IMG/VR virus record: IMGVR_UViG_3300027503_000009
Length of the DNA: 64,000 nt
DNA from: a virus
Direction: 5' to 3' (one strand)
Shown: positions 16,893 through 26,068 of the stretch, one piece after another
Position numbering within the stretch: the first letter of the stretch is position 1
Layout of the letters: every line of letters starts with the position of its first letter
Notes under the pieces: generated by a model
Databases searched by the model: none
Told to the model about the DNA's origin: nothing
Seen by the model: only the letters and a program-made list of their open reading frames with translations
Made by a program: the position numbers and the translations under genes

Positions 16893-18257
16893 TTACTTAG
16901 AAGTTCTGGAAATAACGTCTAGATAACGCTTCATTGAAGAATCAATATTCTTTTCTTCTTCAATGGTAGGTTCAACAACATCTTCCATAACTAGTTTCTT
17001 AGTTTCTGTTGCATCTTTCTTATTGCAATGTGCTTCACGAAGAGTTTCTAGTTTCTTTCTAAATTCATCTTCGTTAGTAAATTCAACAGTTTCGCTTAGA
17101 GAAACTAATAGCTCGCTATCAACTAGTGTTAATCCAGCAACAGCTTCAGAAACAATCTTATTCTTTCTTAGTGCGTTGATTTCATTTACTAGCTTTGCAT
17201 TTTCAGACATTAGACTATCTAATTGTTCATTAGCTTCTTCTAATTCTGAAACTGCCTTTTCAGCAATATCAATCTTTTCTTCTGGAACGGAAATATTGTG
17301 AGTTTCGAATAGGGCTTTTAGACCGGATAGGAAGTCTTCAAATAATTCATTCTTTAGACCATTTGTAATTGCAACTTCATTTTCCTTGATCCAGTTTTCA
17401 ACAACATATGAGATATACATATCTGTTGTTGATTCAACTTTTTCTTGGATAGCTTTTGTGGTTTCGGCTAACTTAGTATTATATTCTTCTTTAATTTCAG
17501 CAACTTTTTCTGCAACCTTAACATTAACTGCTGATTCGAAAATTGTTGCAGCCTTTGTCTTGAATTCTTCTGAAAGTTCTGTTTGTTCTGCGAATAGTTC
17601 AGTGAAGTTAACGTCAGCAATATCAAAATAAGTTTCTTCCTTCATGCTGATAACTGCTGAAGTACCTTTTAATGAAGGGCTTGTCTTCTTCATTTCATTA
17701 GCTTTACGCTTTGCTTCACCTTTATCAAGAGCAGTTACAACAGCAGTCTTAACTGTTGAAGTTCCCTTCTTGAATGTAATTGTGAAAGTTTGAGTTTCTT
17801 GAAGATTTTCTACATCTTCTTCAATAGCTTCTTCCTTCATTTCTTCTTCGTCTTCTTCTTCATCTTCATCATCTTCTTTTTCAGACTTAGAATAAGCTTC
17901 CTTCATGTCTTCTTCTTTTTCGTCTTCTTTTTCTTTCTTATCCATCATCTTCTTGATAAGCTTCTTATCTTCTTCTTCATCTTCATGCTTTTCTTCTTTA
18001 ACAACTGCTGCAACAGCACCCTTCATTTCGATTGATTTTGCTGCTGAAGTGTTATTGTCACCTTCTTTTGAAGACTTAGTAGAACCAGTTTCTGCTGATG
18101 CATCTGATGGCTTTGTTGTTGGAACAGGCATCTGTGTCATACCTTTTGAATAATCTGGTAATGCATCGGTTGGACTTACAACTGCTGGACCCAAATCGTG
18201 CTTTTCTTCAGTGATTGGATTTAACATATTTAAAATTTGTTGTTCAAGTGATGGCAT
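16893..18257 (-). CDS. gp22: Prohead core scaffolding protein
   Basis: LSEEFK.KA.TIFESAV, YVVENW..EN.VA; position between gp21 and gp23. Confidence 0.92.
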   Translation of the reverse strand: MPSLEQQILNMLNPITEEKHDLGPAVVSPTDALPDYSKGMTQMPVPTTKPSDASAETGSTKSSKEGDNNTSAAKSIEMKGAVAAVVKEEKHEDEEEDKKLIKKMMDKKEKEDEKEEDMKEAYSKSEKEDDEDEEEDEEEMKEEAIEEDVENLQETQTFTITFKKGTSTVKTAVVTALDKGEAKRKANEMKKTSPSLKGTSAVISMKEETYFDIADVNFTELFAEQTELSEEFKTKAATIFESAVNVKVAEKVAEIKEEYNTKLAETTKAIQEKVESTTDMYISYVVENWIKENEVAITNGLKNELFEDFLSGLKALFETHNISVPEEKIDIAEKAVSELEEANEQLDSLMSENAKLVNEINALRKNKIVSEAVAGLTLVDSELLVSLSETVEFTNEDEFRKKLETLREAHCNKKDATETKKLVMEDVVEPTIEEEKNIDSSMKRYLDVISRTSK

Positions 18258-18288
18258 TTAAAACTCCTTTTTTAATTATTTATCTGAA

Positions 18289-18954
18289 TTAAATTTTTGT
18301 TAATTTTTCCATGAACTTATTGAAAGCTTCTAGTCTTAATTGTTCAGATAATTCTGACTTTTTGACTGAATATGAATCTTCTACGATATCTTTAATTTCT
18401 GTTAATTCTGATTCCTTAAAGATACCATTATCATAGATCCATTCTTTACCTTCCATGATTCCACGAACAAATGCAGAAGTACAGCTAGGATCTGCAACAA
18501 TATCACCAGCAGTTGCTAAGTGATAATCGTCCTGAACAATAGCTGATTCTCTCATTTGTTTAATAGAACCAATACCTCTAGTAGACATTCCTAATTGTGC
18601 GCCTTCATCAATAAAGTTCTTGACAATTTTACCAAAAGGAGTATCTAAAATTTTAGCCTTACCAATAAATTGGTTGCCTTCTTGTCTTAGAGACTTAATG
18701 ATATGTGATACTCTATCTAAATTAATTTGAGGATTTTCTGGGTGACCTAATTCACCAAATGCACGATTTTTAGCAATACTTTCTTCGCTATAACGTGCAA
18801 CTTCTCTTTCTAGAATATGACGTGGATAAATTCTTTTATTTCTATTTTCTGTTTCAGCTTCTAGAAACACACCTTCAACATAATAATCTTTCTTGCCGTT
18901 AGATTCTTCTGTTAAGAATGATATGCTATTAATTTCTTCTACAATTAACTTCAT
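18289..18954 (-). CDS. gp21: Prohead protease
   Basis: GELGHP, INLDRVSH, STRGIGS, DIVADPS. Confidence 0.95.
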   Translation of the reverse strand: MKLIVEEINSISFLTEESNGKKDYYVEGVFLEAETENRNKRIYPRHILEREVARYSEESIAKNRAFGELGHPENPQINLDRVSHIIKSLRQEGNQFIGKAKILDTPFGKIVKNFIDEGAQLGMSTRGIGSIKQMRESAIVQDDYHLATAGDIVADPSCTSAFVRGIMEGKEWIYDNGIFKESELTEIKDIVEDSYSVKKSELSEQLRLEAFNKFMEKLTKI

Positions 18955-18955
18955 T

Positions 18956-19111
18956 TTATTCCTTCTCTGGTTGTGCGAATAATGAAGAAGCTATTTCAGC
19001 TTTCTTTGTATCTAATGCTGCACTTAATTTGGTTTGTAAAGTGTTATATACCAAATCACGAAACATTGTAGCTTTTCCTGCTAGAGCTAATTGTGTAAAA
19101 TTATTTTCCAT
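18956..19111 (-). CDS. Small prohead core protein, gp67-like, 51 aa (not in ORF track)
   Basis: MENNFTQLALAGKATMFRDLVYNTLQTKLSAALDTKKAEIASSLF...; between portal and protease; preceded by a late promoter. Confidence 0.75.
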   Translation of the reverse strand: MENNFTQLALAGKATMFRDLVYNTLQTKLSAALDTKKAEIASSLFAQPEKE

Positions 19112-19126
19112 AAAATAACCTTTAAT

Positions 19127-19134
19127 TATTTATA
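19127..19134 (-). promoter_or_regulatory. T4 late promoter
   Basis: TATAAATA on minus strand. Confidence 0.75.
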
Positions 19135-19136
19135 AT

Positions 19137-20777
19137 TTAGTAACTTTTAATTCCTGAAGCACCACCAGGACCACTGGTTCTTACTATATCAGGAATGTCT
19201 AATGTTTTATCTGGATGAGATGAATCATCTTTCTTTTGCTTTGCTGGTGCTGTTTTAGTAGCTGGTTGCCCAGATGTACCATTAACAGCAGCTTCTTGTT
19301 CTGGTGTAACTAGTTCACCAGTTTCAATTTCTTGTTTGATTTGTTCATCCATCATTTCAATAGTTTTTTCATCTTGTTTAAAAATATGTGTTCTAACATA
19401 TCTGTTAGAGAAATATTTTCCAACAAATGGTTCTAAGTCTTGTGCAATCTGAATTCTTTCTCTTAATACTTCAATATTTTTATTTTCAGTAAAATAAGAA
19501 TCTTTTGCAAATTCATATCTAATATTCTGACGAATCTTAGGCCAATCAGACTTAGAAATATAACCCTTTAATACTAACTGGGTATATAACAAATCATCAA
19601 ATAACATTGTGAATCGTGAACGTAGATTCTCAATAAATTTGAAAAATTTCAATTCATCTCTTGAAATTTCTGATGCACGTCCAAGGTTAAATCCTTCACC
19701 TTGCTGCATTCTTGAAATAGGTACATTTAGTGACTTAAAAAGTTTTTCTTGGAAATACTTTACGTCTTCAATATCAGAAAGATTTTTTCCACCTTCTAAT
19801 GTTGAAATTTCAGTTCCTCTTGCACCTTCTCTGCGTGGTAACCAATAATCTTCAAGCATTGAATAATGCTTTTTATCATCACGCATTTCGCCTGTTGCTG
19901 GATCGTAAATCAACTTATTTCTAAATTGACCCATGATATCTTTCATGTATTGTTCAGCTTTTAGTTTTGGTAATGTACCAACATCAATGTAGAAAATTCT
20001 ACGTTCCGGTGCACGAACTAGTCTGTAAATAACCAGAGCGTCTTCCATCATTCTTAGTTGATTTAATGGTTTAATAGCCTTATGTAAATGACTTAGCACC
20101 ATATTTCTTGTATTATCTACAAGACCAGAATGTACATAACAGATACTATCTGTAGTAATTCTCATTCCATGATTACTTTGTGGTGCATTTGAAACAATAC
20201 CTTGATCATTATAGACGTAATATTCATCTTTAACATCTACTAATGGAACACCATATTGAGAAATTTTCTTTTCAATTTCTCTAACTTTTCTAATATTTCT
20301 TGGGTCGATGTATCTTAGTTCTTTTAAACCTTCTTCTGGTTTTGATACATCAATAATCTTGTGAAAATATAGTCTTCCATCTACATACCAACGACGAAAA
20401 ATTTCTACAGAATTTTGAGTAAAATCAAGCATATTTAAAATGCTTTGGAATTCTGTTTGTATAATCTTCTTAGTTTTATTGTCGTATGGTAGATTGTCTG
20501 TTAAAACTTTAATTGGTGAATTATTATCTTCTACAACAATAGATTCATTAACAATATCATTAATTGCTTGTTCTGTTTCGGGATGGAACGACATTTCACG
20601 ATAACGATTGATAAGATCATTTTCGTTCTTGGCATTTCCATCTAAATCAATGTAACTACCAGTAATACCACCAGCAGAAACAGTCATAGCTCCATCTGTG
20701 TTCGTTGGAATGGCGAACGATGGAGTCTCTTCTTTTTTCTTACGTCCTATTTGGAAACCGAATAATTCAATTGGCAT
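19137..20777 (-). CDS. gp20: Portal protein
   Basis: RAPERRIFYIDVG, EDYWLPRREG, EISRDELKF. Confidence 0.97.
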   Translation of the reverse strand: MPIELFGFQIGRKKKEETPSFAIPTNTDGAMTVSAGGITGSYIDLDGNAKNENDLINRYREMSFHPETEQAINDIVNESIVVEDNNSPIKVLTDNLPYDNKTKKIIQTEFQSILNMLDFTQNSVEIFRRWYVDGRLYFHKIIDVSKPEEGLKELRYIDPRNIRKVREIEKKISQYGVPLVDVKDEYYVYNDQGIVSNAPQSNHGMRITTDSICYVHSGLVDNTRNMVLSHLHKAIKPLNQLRMMEDALVIYRLVRAPERRIFYIDVGTLPKLKAEQYMKDIMGQFRNKLIYDPATGEMRDDKKHYSMLEDYWLPRREGARGTEISTLEGGKNLSDIEDVKYFQEKLFKSLNVPISRMQQGEGFNLGRASEISRDELKFFKFIENLRSRFTMLFDDLLYTQLVLKGYISKSDWPKIRQNIRYEFAKDSYFTENKNIEVLRERIQIAQDLEPFVGKYFSNRYVRTHIFKQDEKTIEMMDEQIKQEIETGELVTPEQEAAVNGTSGQPATKTAPAKQKKDDSSHPDKTLDIPDIVRTSGPGGASGIKSY

Positions 20778-20788
20778 AGTAATATATA

Positions 20789-20811
20789 GGGGAGGCTAAA
20801 ATAGCCTCCCC
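20789..20811 (-). terminator. Hairpin after the tail tube gene
   Basis: GGGGAGGCTA-AAA-TAGCCTCCCC perfect 10-bp stem. Confidence 0.7.
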
Positions 20812-20822
20812 AATTAGTTTAA

Positions 20823-21392
20823 TTAAAGAGCAAGTGAACCAGTTGTTCCATCAGTTGATGGAACTGATTCCCACCATTGATATTGGAATTCACATGTATA
20901 AGTTTCAATTGAGTTGTTATTTTCCCAACTTAGATCAATTGCACTTACGTTTGTTGGAAATGCTCCTATGAAATTTACAACTTTTAATACATCTCCAGCT
21001 TTGCCATATTGCTTAACTAGTAAATTTACACCATAACCATTGTTAGCAATTGTTTGTGGAATGCGAGTATTTCCGGCGTGGCTGTTCAATGCATTCATCC
21101 AATTTTCAAGAGAATTTCTAATAGCAAAATCTTCATCATTTAGAATTGTTACTGTCCATGAGTCAAAAGTTCTGTCTCCAGGAACCTTAACTTTTCTTCC
21201 GAAATAACTTAGTTCAATATTACCAAGTGTGCTTGCTGGAAGATTTGCTGCCTGACACATGAAAGTTGCTTTTCTACCTGCATTTGCTCCATTCGCAACA
21301 AATGTTGGAAAATTTAACGTTACTTCAAATAGGGTAGGACGTGCGCCCTGTCCAACCATTTGAGAGCGGAAATCAGTTAGATTGAAAGGCAT
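20823..21392 (-). CDS. gp19: Tail tube protein
   Basis: GARPTLFEV, GDRTF..WTVT.LNDEDF, AFPT.VS.IDL. Confidence 0.95.
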   Translation of the reverse strand: MPFNLTDFRSQMVGQGARPTLFEVTLNFPTFVANGANAGRKATFMCQAANLPASTLGNIELSYFGRKVKVPGDRTFDSWTVTILNDEDFAIRNSLENWMNALNSHAGNTRIPQTIANNGYGVNLLVKQYGKAGDVLKVVNFIGAFPTNVSAIDLSWENNNSIETYTCEFQYQWWESVPSTDGTTGSLAL

Positions 21393-21414
21393 TTAATATA
21401 TTTCTCCTATTTCC

Positions 21415-21422
21415 TATTTATA
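21415..21422 (-). promoter_or_regulatory. T4 late promoter (gp19)
   Basis: TATAAATA on minus strand. Confidence 0.75.
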
Positions 21423-23351
21423 TTAGAACTTACCAACAATTTCTTCAAATGCAACACCAGTGCGAACTGCAACGAAGTTTAGTTGGATAAAGTTGATTGA
21501 ACGAGCAGGTTTGATATAGATATCACCAACAAATTCATTTCTGTCAATGACTTCTGGAGTATTATTTGTTGTGTCGCAAACAACTCTGAAATCATAGATT
21601 CCTCTACGTCCTTGAATATCTCTTAGATATGGTTCAACTAAGTTAACGAATGATGCTCTTGTGAAATCATCGTTAAGTTCGAATAATGTATATTTAGATG
21701 CTGTTGCAATTGCCTTTTCAAGAATAATGAAAAGTCTACGAACATTGATTCTATCAAAAGCTGATGGCTTCTTTAATAGAGTCTTATCACCGAAAAGAAC
21801 AATACCCTGTCCTGGGAATGTTGTTACTGGATTAATACCAACAACATATAGAGAATCACGTTGTGCTTCTGTTGGATTCCATGCAGACTTAATAGCATTC
21901 TTGACAATACCACGATTAAATCCTGCTGGTGAGAACCAAGCATCTCTTTCTAGATCTGTTCTTACACATAGTCCAGCAATATCAGCATTAAATGGAATCC
22001 AACGGAAAGTATCGTTGTACTTATCATACTGATATTTCCAACCAGAATCCATAATTGCATAAGATGAAGATTGTAGAACATTTCTATATGCAACAACATT
22101 TGTTGTTGGATCTGATGCACTAACAACATCAACATAACGTGGAGAAACTACTGCAATTACATCTTTTCTTGATTCACAAATGTTGTTAATTACATAATTT
22201 GCTACTGCATATTCTGTTGCTGCAATAGAACCAACTGATGCTCCAACTACAGGAGGACAAATTGCAAATGAAATATCAACTTCATCAGCATTTGCAAATA
22301 AATCCCAACCTGTCTGTAAATCACCATTTGTTGCAGTACCATCTAGACCACCAGCTAAACTGGTTGTAATACTTAAACCAGAGAAGTTAGTTACTGTGTT
22401 AAAATCAGATGTTGCTACTGAACCCCAAGCTGGTGAAGCTGAAACTGGATGATCCATCCAATAAACATAATTTGAACTTCTAGAAATTGCTGTTGCATAA
22501 TAAATTGAATTATTTGCACTGTCTTTTGCATCTGATGCGATTGATAAGAATGCAAATTTTTCTAGAACAGTACCTTTTGTTCCTGTCCAAACACCATCTT
22601 CGTCAACTACAACAACGTGGATTTCGTCATTTGAACCATCTCTTGCTGCAACATAATCAGATGTTCCAGGTGCCTGAGAAAATTCATCTGAATATTCCCA
22701 ACGTGCTGAAGAAATTGAAGCATCATCAATTGCAGTTGATGAGAATGCTGCATTAACAGTTAATGATGTGTTGCTTGCAATTGCTGTAATTTTTCTTTCA
22801 ATTCCACTAACTGTGATATATGAACCAACAGTTAATTCTGTTGTGAATGATGTTCCAGTACCTGTAACAGTTGTAGATGATGCTAAAACGTCTACTGTTC
22901 CTGTAATGCTTGTATCTGAAAATAAACTTCCAGCAGGACAAATAGAAACTTTTAAGCTATTACCTAAAATTCCTGGATATTTTGCTGCCCATGAACCAAC
23001 AGAACCTTGTCCTGTTGAATATCCTGCTTCATATGCAGCAAGATTTTTAATTAATAAACCAGCACCATCAGATGTTGCATTTCTAGCTGCTGAACCAACA
23101 ATTCTAGCAACTTTTAGATTATTGCTGTATGATAAGAAATTTGCGCCTTGAAAGAAGGTAGTTGCGTTTGTAGAATTTGGTTTGCCAAATTTGTTAACAA
23201 GAGTTTTTTCTGTATCAACTAGTGTAACAACTTCTACTGGACCCCATTGAAATTCTCCAACTAACGCACCACCAGTTGTTCCAACTGCTGGAATAATTGT
23301 AGTTAGATCAATTTCACTTACGCTAACTCCAGGGGAAATGCGAAAAGCCAT
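21423..23351 (-). CDS. gp18: Tail sheath protein
   Basis: SPGV...EIDLT, WFSPAG.NRG, FDRINVRRLF, KPARSINFI. Confidence 0.97.
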   Translation of the reverse strand: MAFRISPGVSVSEIDLTTIIPAVGTTGGALVGEFQWGPVEVVTLVDTEKTLVNKFGKPNSTNATTFFQGANFLSYSNNLKVARIVGSAARNATSDGAGLLIKNLAAYEAGYSTGQGSVGSWAAKYPGILGNSLKVSICPAGSLFSDTSITGTVDVLASSTTVTGTGTSFTTELTVGSYITVSGIERKITAIASNTSLTVNAAFSSTAIDDASISSARWEYSDEFSQAPGTSDYVAARDGSNDEIHVVVVDEDGVWTGTKGTVLEKFAFLSIASDAKDSANNSIYYATAISRSSNYVYWMDHPVSASPAWGSVATSDFNTVTNFSGLSITTSLAGGLDGTATNGDLQTGWDLFANADEVDISFAICPPVVGASVGSIAATEYAVANYVINNICESRKDVIAVVSPRYVDVVSASDPTTNVVAYRNVLQSSSYAIMDSGWKYQYDKYNDTFRWIPFNADIAGLCVRTDLERDAWFSPAGFNRGIVKNAIKSAWNPTEAQRDSLYVVGINPVTTFPGQGIVLFGDKTLLKKPSAFDRINVRRLFIILEKAIATASKYTLFELNDDFTRASFVNLVEPYLRDIQGRRGIYDFRVVCDTTNNTPEVIDRNEFVGDIYIKPARSINFIQLNFVAVRTGVAFEEIVGKF

Positions 23352-23395
23352 ATTTTTTCTCCTTAAAATTTTAGTCTATTTAGACTTTCAATTTT

Positions 23396-23403
23396 TATTT
23401 ATA
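23396..23403 (-). promoter_or_regulatory. T4 late promoter (gp18)
   Basis: TATAAATA on minus strand. Confidence 0.75.
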
Positions 23404-23415
23404 ATTTTGAAGTTT

Positions 23416-25041
23416 TCAGAAATAGTTTCTTTCAGCAACAAGTTCCCAAAAATCATTATTTGAATCACCTTCTATGAAGTGAGAATCAAAATCATTTGCC
23501 CCAAAAAAACCTGTTGGGAGTAAATCCCTATCCATAACTTCTTCTGTTTCTTTAATTAATTCCAATCGAATACTATTGTCAGTATATTCGGAGAAATTTT
23601 TCTGTGCAGATAACCAACCAAATAAAACCAAACACATAGCCAAATCATCATTGTAACCTTCTTCCGCACCATACTTCCCATCTGGATGTAGAACGAAAGT
23701 GGAAAGCTCACTAATTAAATCAAAATCATTTAAAACAATTTTTCCACCTTCAACTAATGTTTTCATATTAGAACAACCTAATCTTTTTGTTGTTCTAGTT
23801 GTTCTAATACCTCTTCTAAATTTATCAGAAGAAAATCCTGTGGTTAAAATTTGATCGTTGGTATTATTTACAGATAAAATATTTTCATAATTTAAATCAT
23901 GAAATAAAATGTCAACAATTTGTCCACCAACGTCATTAATTTCAACTAATACCTGTGCTTCATTATATTTTTTTGCTGCTGTATTAATAATGGCTGGATA
24001 TGCCATTGGTACAATATCATTTCTTTTAAATGTAGCAACAACTCTGTATGGAATTTGAGACACATTTAAAATAATGAATGCTGAATAATTTTTACCAACA
24101 CCTCTAGCAACATCAACCATCATGAAATATTTTTGATTTTTTTGTGGTTCTTCAAATATTTTAAAGCCATCTTTTGTATGTAAAGCGTCAGTAAATCTTA
24201 ATGACCTTAATGTTTCTGCTTTAATTAGTGTATCTGCTGAACCAAGAAACTCATTTCCATATTCTTGTCTGAATCCAGATTCGGTTAAAGTGGAAATCAT
24301 TTGTTCTTTCCACTTTTCATCTCTACCTGGAACATCTGACCAATGAACTTCTATTGGGAAGAATTCATTTCTTTTTTCTGTTGCGTCTTTGTAAATTCTA
24401 TAAAATAAATTAAGTCCTCTTGGTGTAGAAGAAATAATAACTTTTGAAGATGTACCAGAAGAAACTACAGGGAAAGTAGATGTGAAAAATTCATCAGCAC
24501 CTTCAACGAATGCAAATTCATCAAGATATAGAAGATTACACATGAATCCACGAATTGATGAAGATGAAGTAGAAGAAGCAATAATTCTAGAATTGTTTCC
24601 TAATTCAATTGAACCTTTATTAAATGTAGTAGCTCCAGGTTGTAAGAAAAATGGAATTGTTTTATATGCTGTAACAATTTTAGAAAGAATTTCTCTTGCA
24701 ACAGCACCTTTGTTTGCTAGAATTGCTACTGTTTTATCAGCATTAAAGAATACATACCATAAAATATATGATGAAATAGTGATAGTTTTGCCAGATTGTC
24801 TACCTGACAAAATTACACTATGCCTATTGTTATGAACAGATTCTACAATATTTTTTTGATAAGTTCTTAAATTTAATGGAACAAGACCTTTATCAATTGT
24901 ATTAACTTGAATATATTTCTCAATAAAATAAATTGGATCTTGAGAACAACGAATATATTCTTGAACCTGTTCTTGACTGTAATTTTCAACAATACCAGCA
25001 GCTTTAACTGCTGGATCTTTATAATATGGTGTATTATTCAT
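23416..25041 (-). CDS. gp17: Terminase large subunit
   Basis: RQSGKT, LYLDEFAFV, SSTP.G.N.FY, DVARG, DDLAM. Confidence 0.96.
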   Translation of the reverse strand: MNNTPYYKDPAVKAAGIVENYSQEQVQEYIRCSQDPIYFIEKYIQVNTIDKGLVPLNLRTYQKNIVESVHNNRHSVILSGRQSGKTITISSYILWYVFFNADKTVAILANKGAVAREILSKIVTAYKTIPFFLQPGATTFNKGSIELGNNSRIIASSTSSSSIRGFMCNLLYLDEFAFVEGADEFFTSTFPVVSSGTSSKVIISSTPRGLNLFYRIYKDATEKRNEFFPIEVHWSDVPGRDEKWKEQMISTLTESGFRQEYGNEFLGSADTLIKAETLRSLRFTDALHTKDGFKIFEEPQKNQKYFMMVDVARGVGKNYSAFIILNVSQIPYRVVATFKRNDIVPMAYPAIINTAAKKYNEAQVLVEINDVGGQIVDILFHDLNYENILSVNNTNDQILTTGFSSDKFRRGIRTTRTTKRLGCSNMKTLVEGGKIVLNDFDLISELSTFVLHPDGKYGAEEGYNDDLAMCLVLFGWLSAQKNFSEYTDNSIRLELIKETEEVMDRDLLPTGFFGANDFDSHFIEGDSNNDFWELVAERNYF

Positions 25042-25047
25042 TCAAAA

Positions 25048-25698
25048 TTAAATATAACGTCTAAAGACTAATGTAAATTCCTGAGCTGTTGATTGATTTA
25101 ATGCTGTGCCGCCAGAATTAACTGAAACTAATTTTAAGAATCTAACACCAGATAATGCACCAAATGGTAAATTAACATAAGATGAAGCAGTTACTGGATA
25201 AGATAATTTTGCATTAGCTTCATTATATACTGTATAATAATTATCTGCTTGTGCAGTGGAAGTTACAGTAATTGTTACTGCTGTATTATAATCACCAGTT
25301 GCGGTGTTTGATACAGAAATAGTTCCTGAAACCATTTCAACTAACATTCTACCAGTTCCATTTGATGTTGTTGCATTTAAAACATTTGCTACAGCACCAC
25401 TAGAAAATGTAATTTGTGATTGTTTTAATCCATATTGTGATGCAAAAATAATATCATTTGGATTTGATTGTGATGCAGTATATGTAAATTCAACAAGATA
25501 AGTTGAAATATTTGCATCCACACCACCTTGAAAACCAATACCATAGTTAGTTCCATTTGTATTTGTTGACCATGTTGAAGGTACAATAATACCAACTAAA
25601 CTACCTAAAGCATCTGGTTCTACAGCACCAGAAACAGAACTTCCTGATGCAATTGTTACTTTTCTGGTTACTAGACCATCATAAACGTTTCTTGACAT
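25048..25698 (-). CDS. Putative virion structural protein (Ser/Thr-rich, beta-rich)
   Basis: Composition; AGGAG SD; AATAAATA late-promoter variant upstream. Confidence 0.6.
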   Translation of the reverse strand: MSRNVYDGLVTRKVTIASGSSVSGAVEPDALGSLVGIIVPSTWSTNTNGTNYGIGFQGGVDANISTYLVEFTYTASQSNPNDIIFASQYGLKQSQITFSSGAVANVLNATTSNGTGRMLVEMVSGTISVSNTATGDYNTAVTITVTSTAQADNYYTVYNEANAKLSYPVTASSYVNLPFGALSGVRFLKLVSVNSGGTALNQSTAQEFTLVFRRYI

Positions 25699-25724
25699 TA
25701 AAATCTCCTAATATATTATATTTA

Positions 25725-26054
25725 TTAAATATTCCAAGGTGCAGGTTTATATACTAATGGTGGATTTTTTAAATTTTCTATTTGTGCAGCTAGAGAAGCA
25801 TCATAATTATCTACAACTTCTTGTGTAAGTGAAGAAACTGTCCAAGAAATTAAATCTTGCTTTGTTAGATTGTTATATTCTTTAAAATCATTTGGATCTG
25901 GATCTGACAGATTGATTGAACCGTAGGAATCTACAAAATATTCACCATCTAATGCACCTCTTCTCCATTCATAAGAAACAACTACATCTGTCATACTATC
26001 TTGAATTGGTTTAACTTTAATTCCATTAAATTGCCATGTATATTCTACTGCCAT
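25725..26054 (-). CDS. Small tail-fibre-associated protein (possible assembly factor)
   Basis: YTW...DVV...W...G...L..PDP..F..Y..LT...W pattern; directly follows a fibre gene. Confidence 0.6.
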   Translation of the reverse strand: MAVEYTWQFNGIKVKPIQDSMTDVVVSYEWRRGALDGEYFVDSYGSINLSDPDPNDFKEYNNLTKQDLISWTVSSLTQEVVDNYDASLAAQIENLKNPPLVYKPAPWNI

Positions 26055-26068
26055 ATTTATCCTTTAAT

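Noticed and set aside
8898-25041. Introns or inteins in gp46, uvsW, gp17, gp20 and gp23
   Set aside because: All are uninterrupted and of ordinary length, with no intein-like insertions
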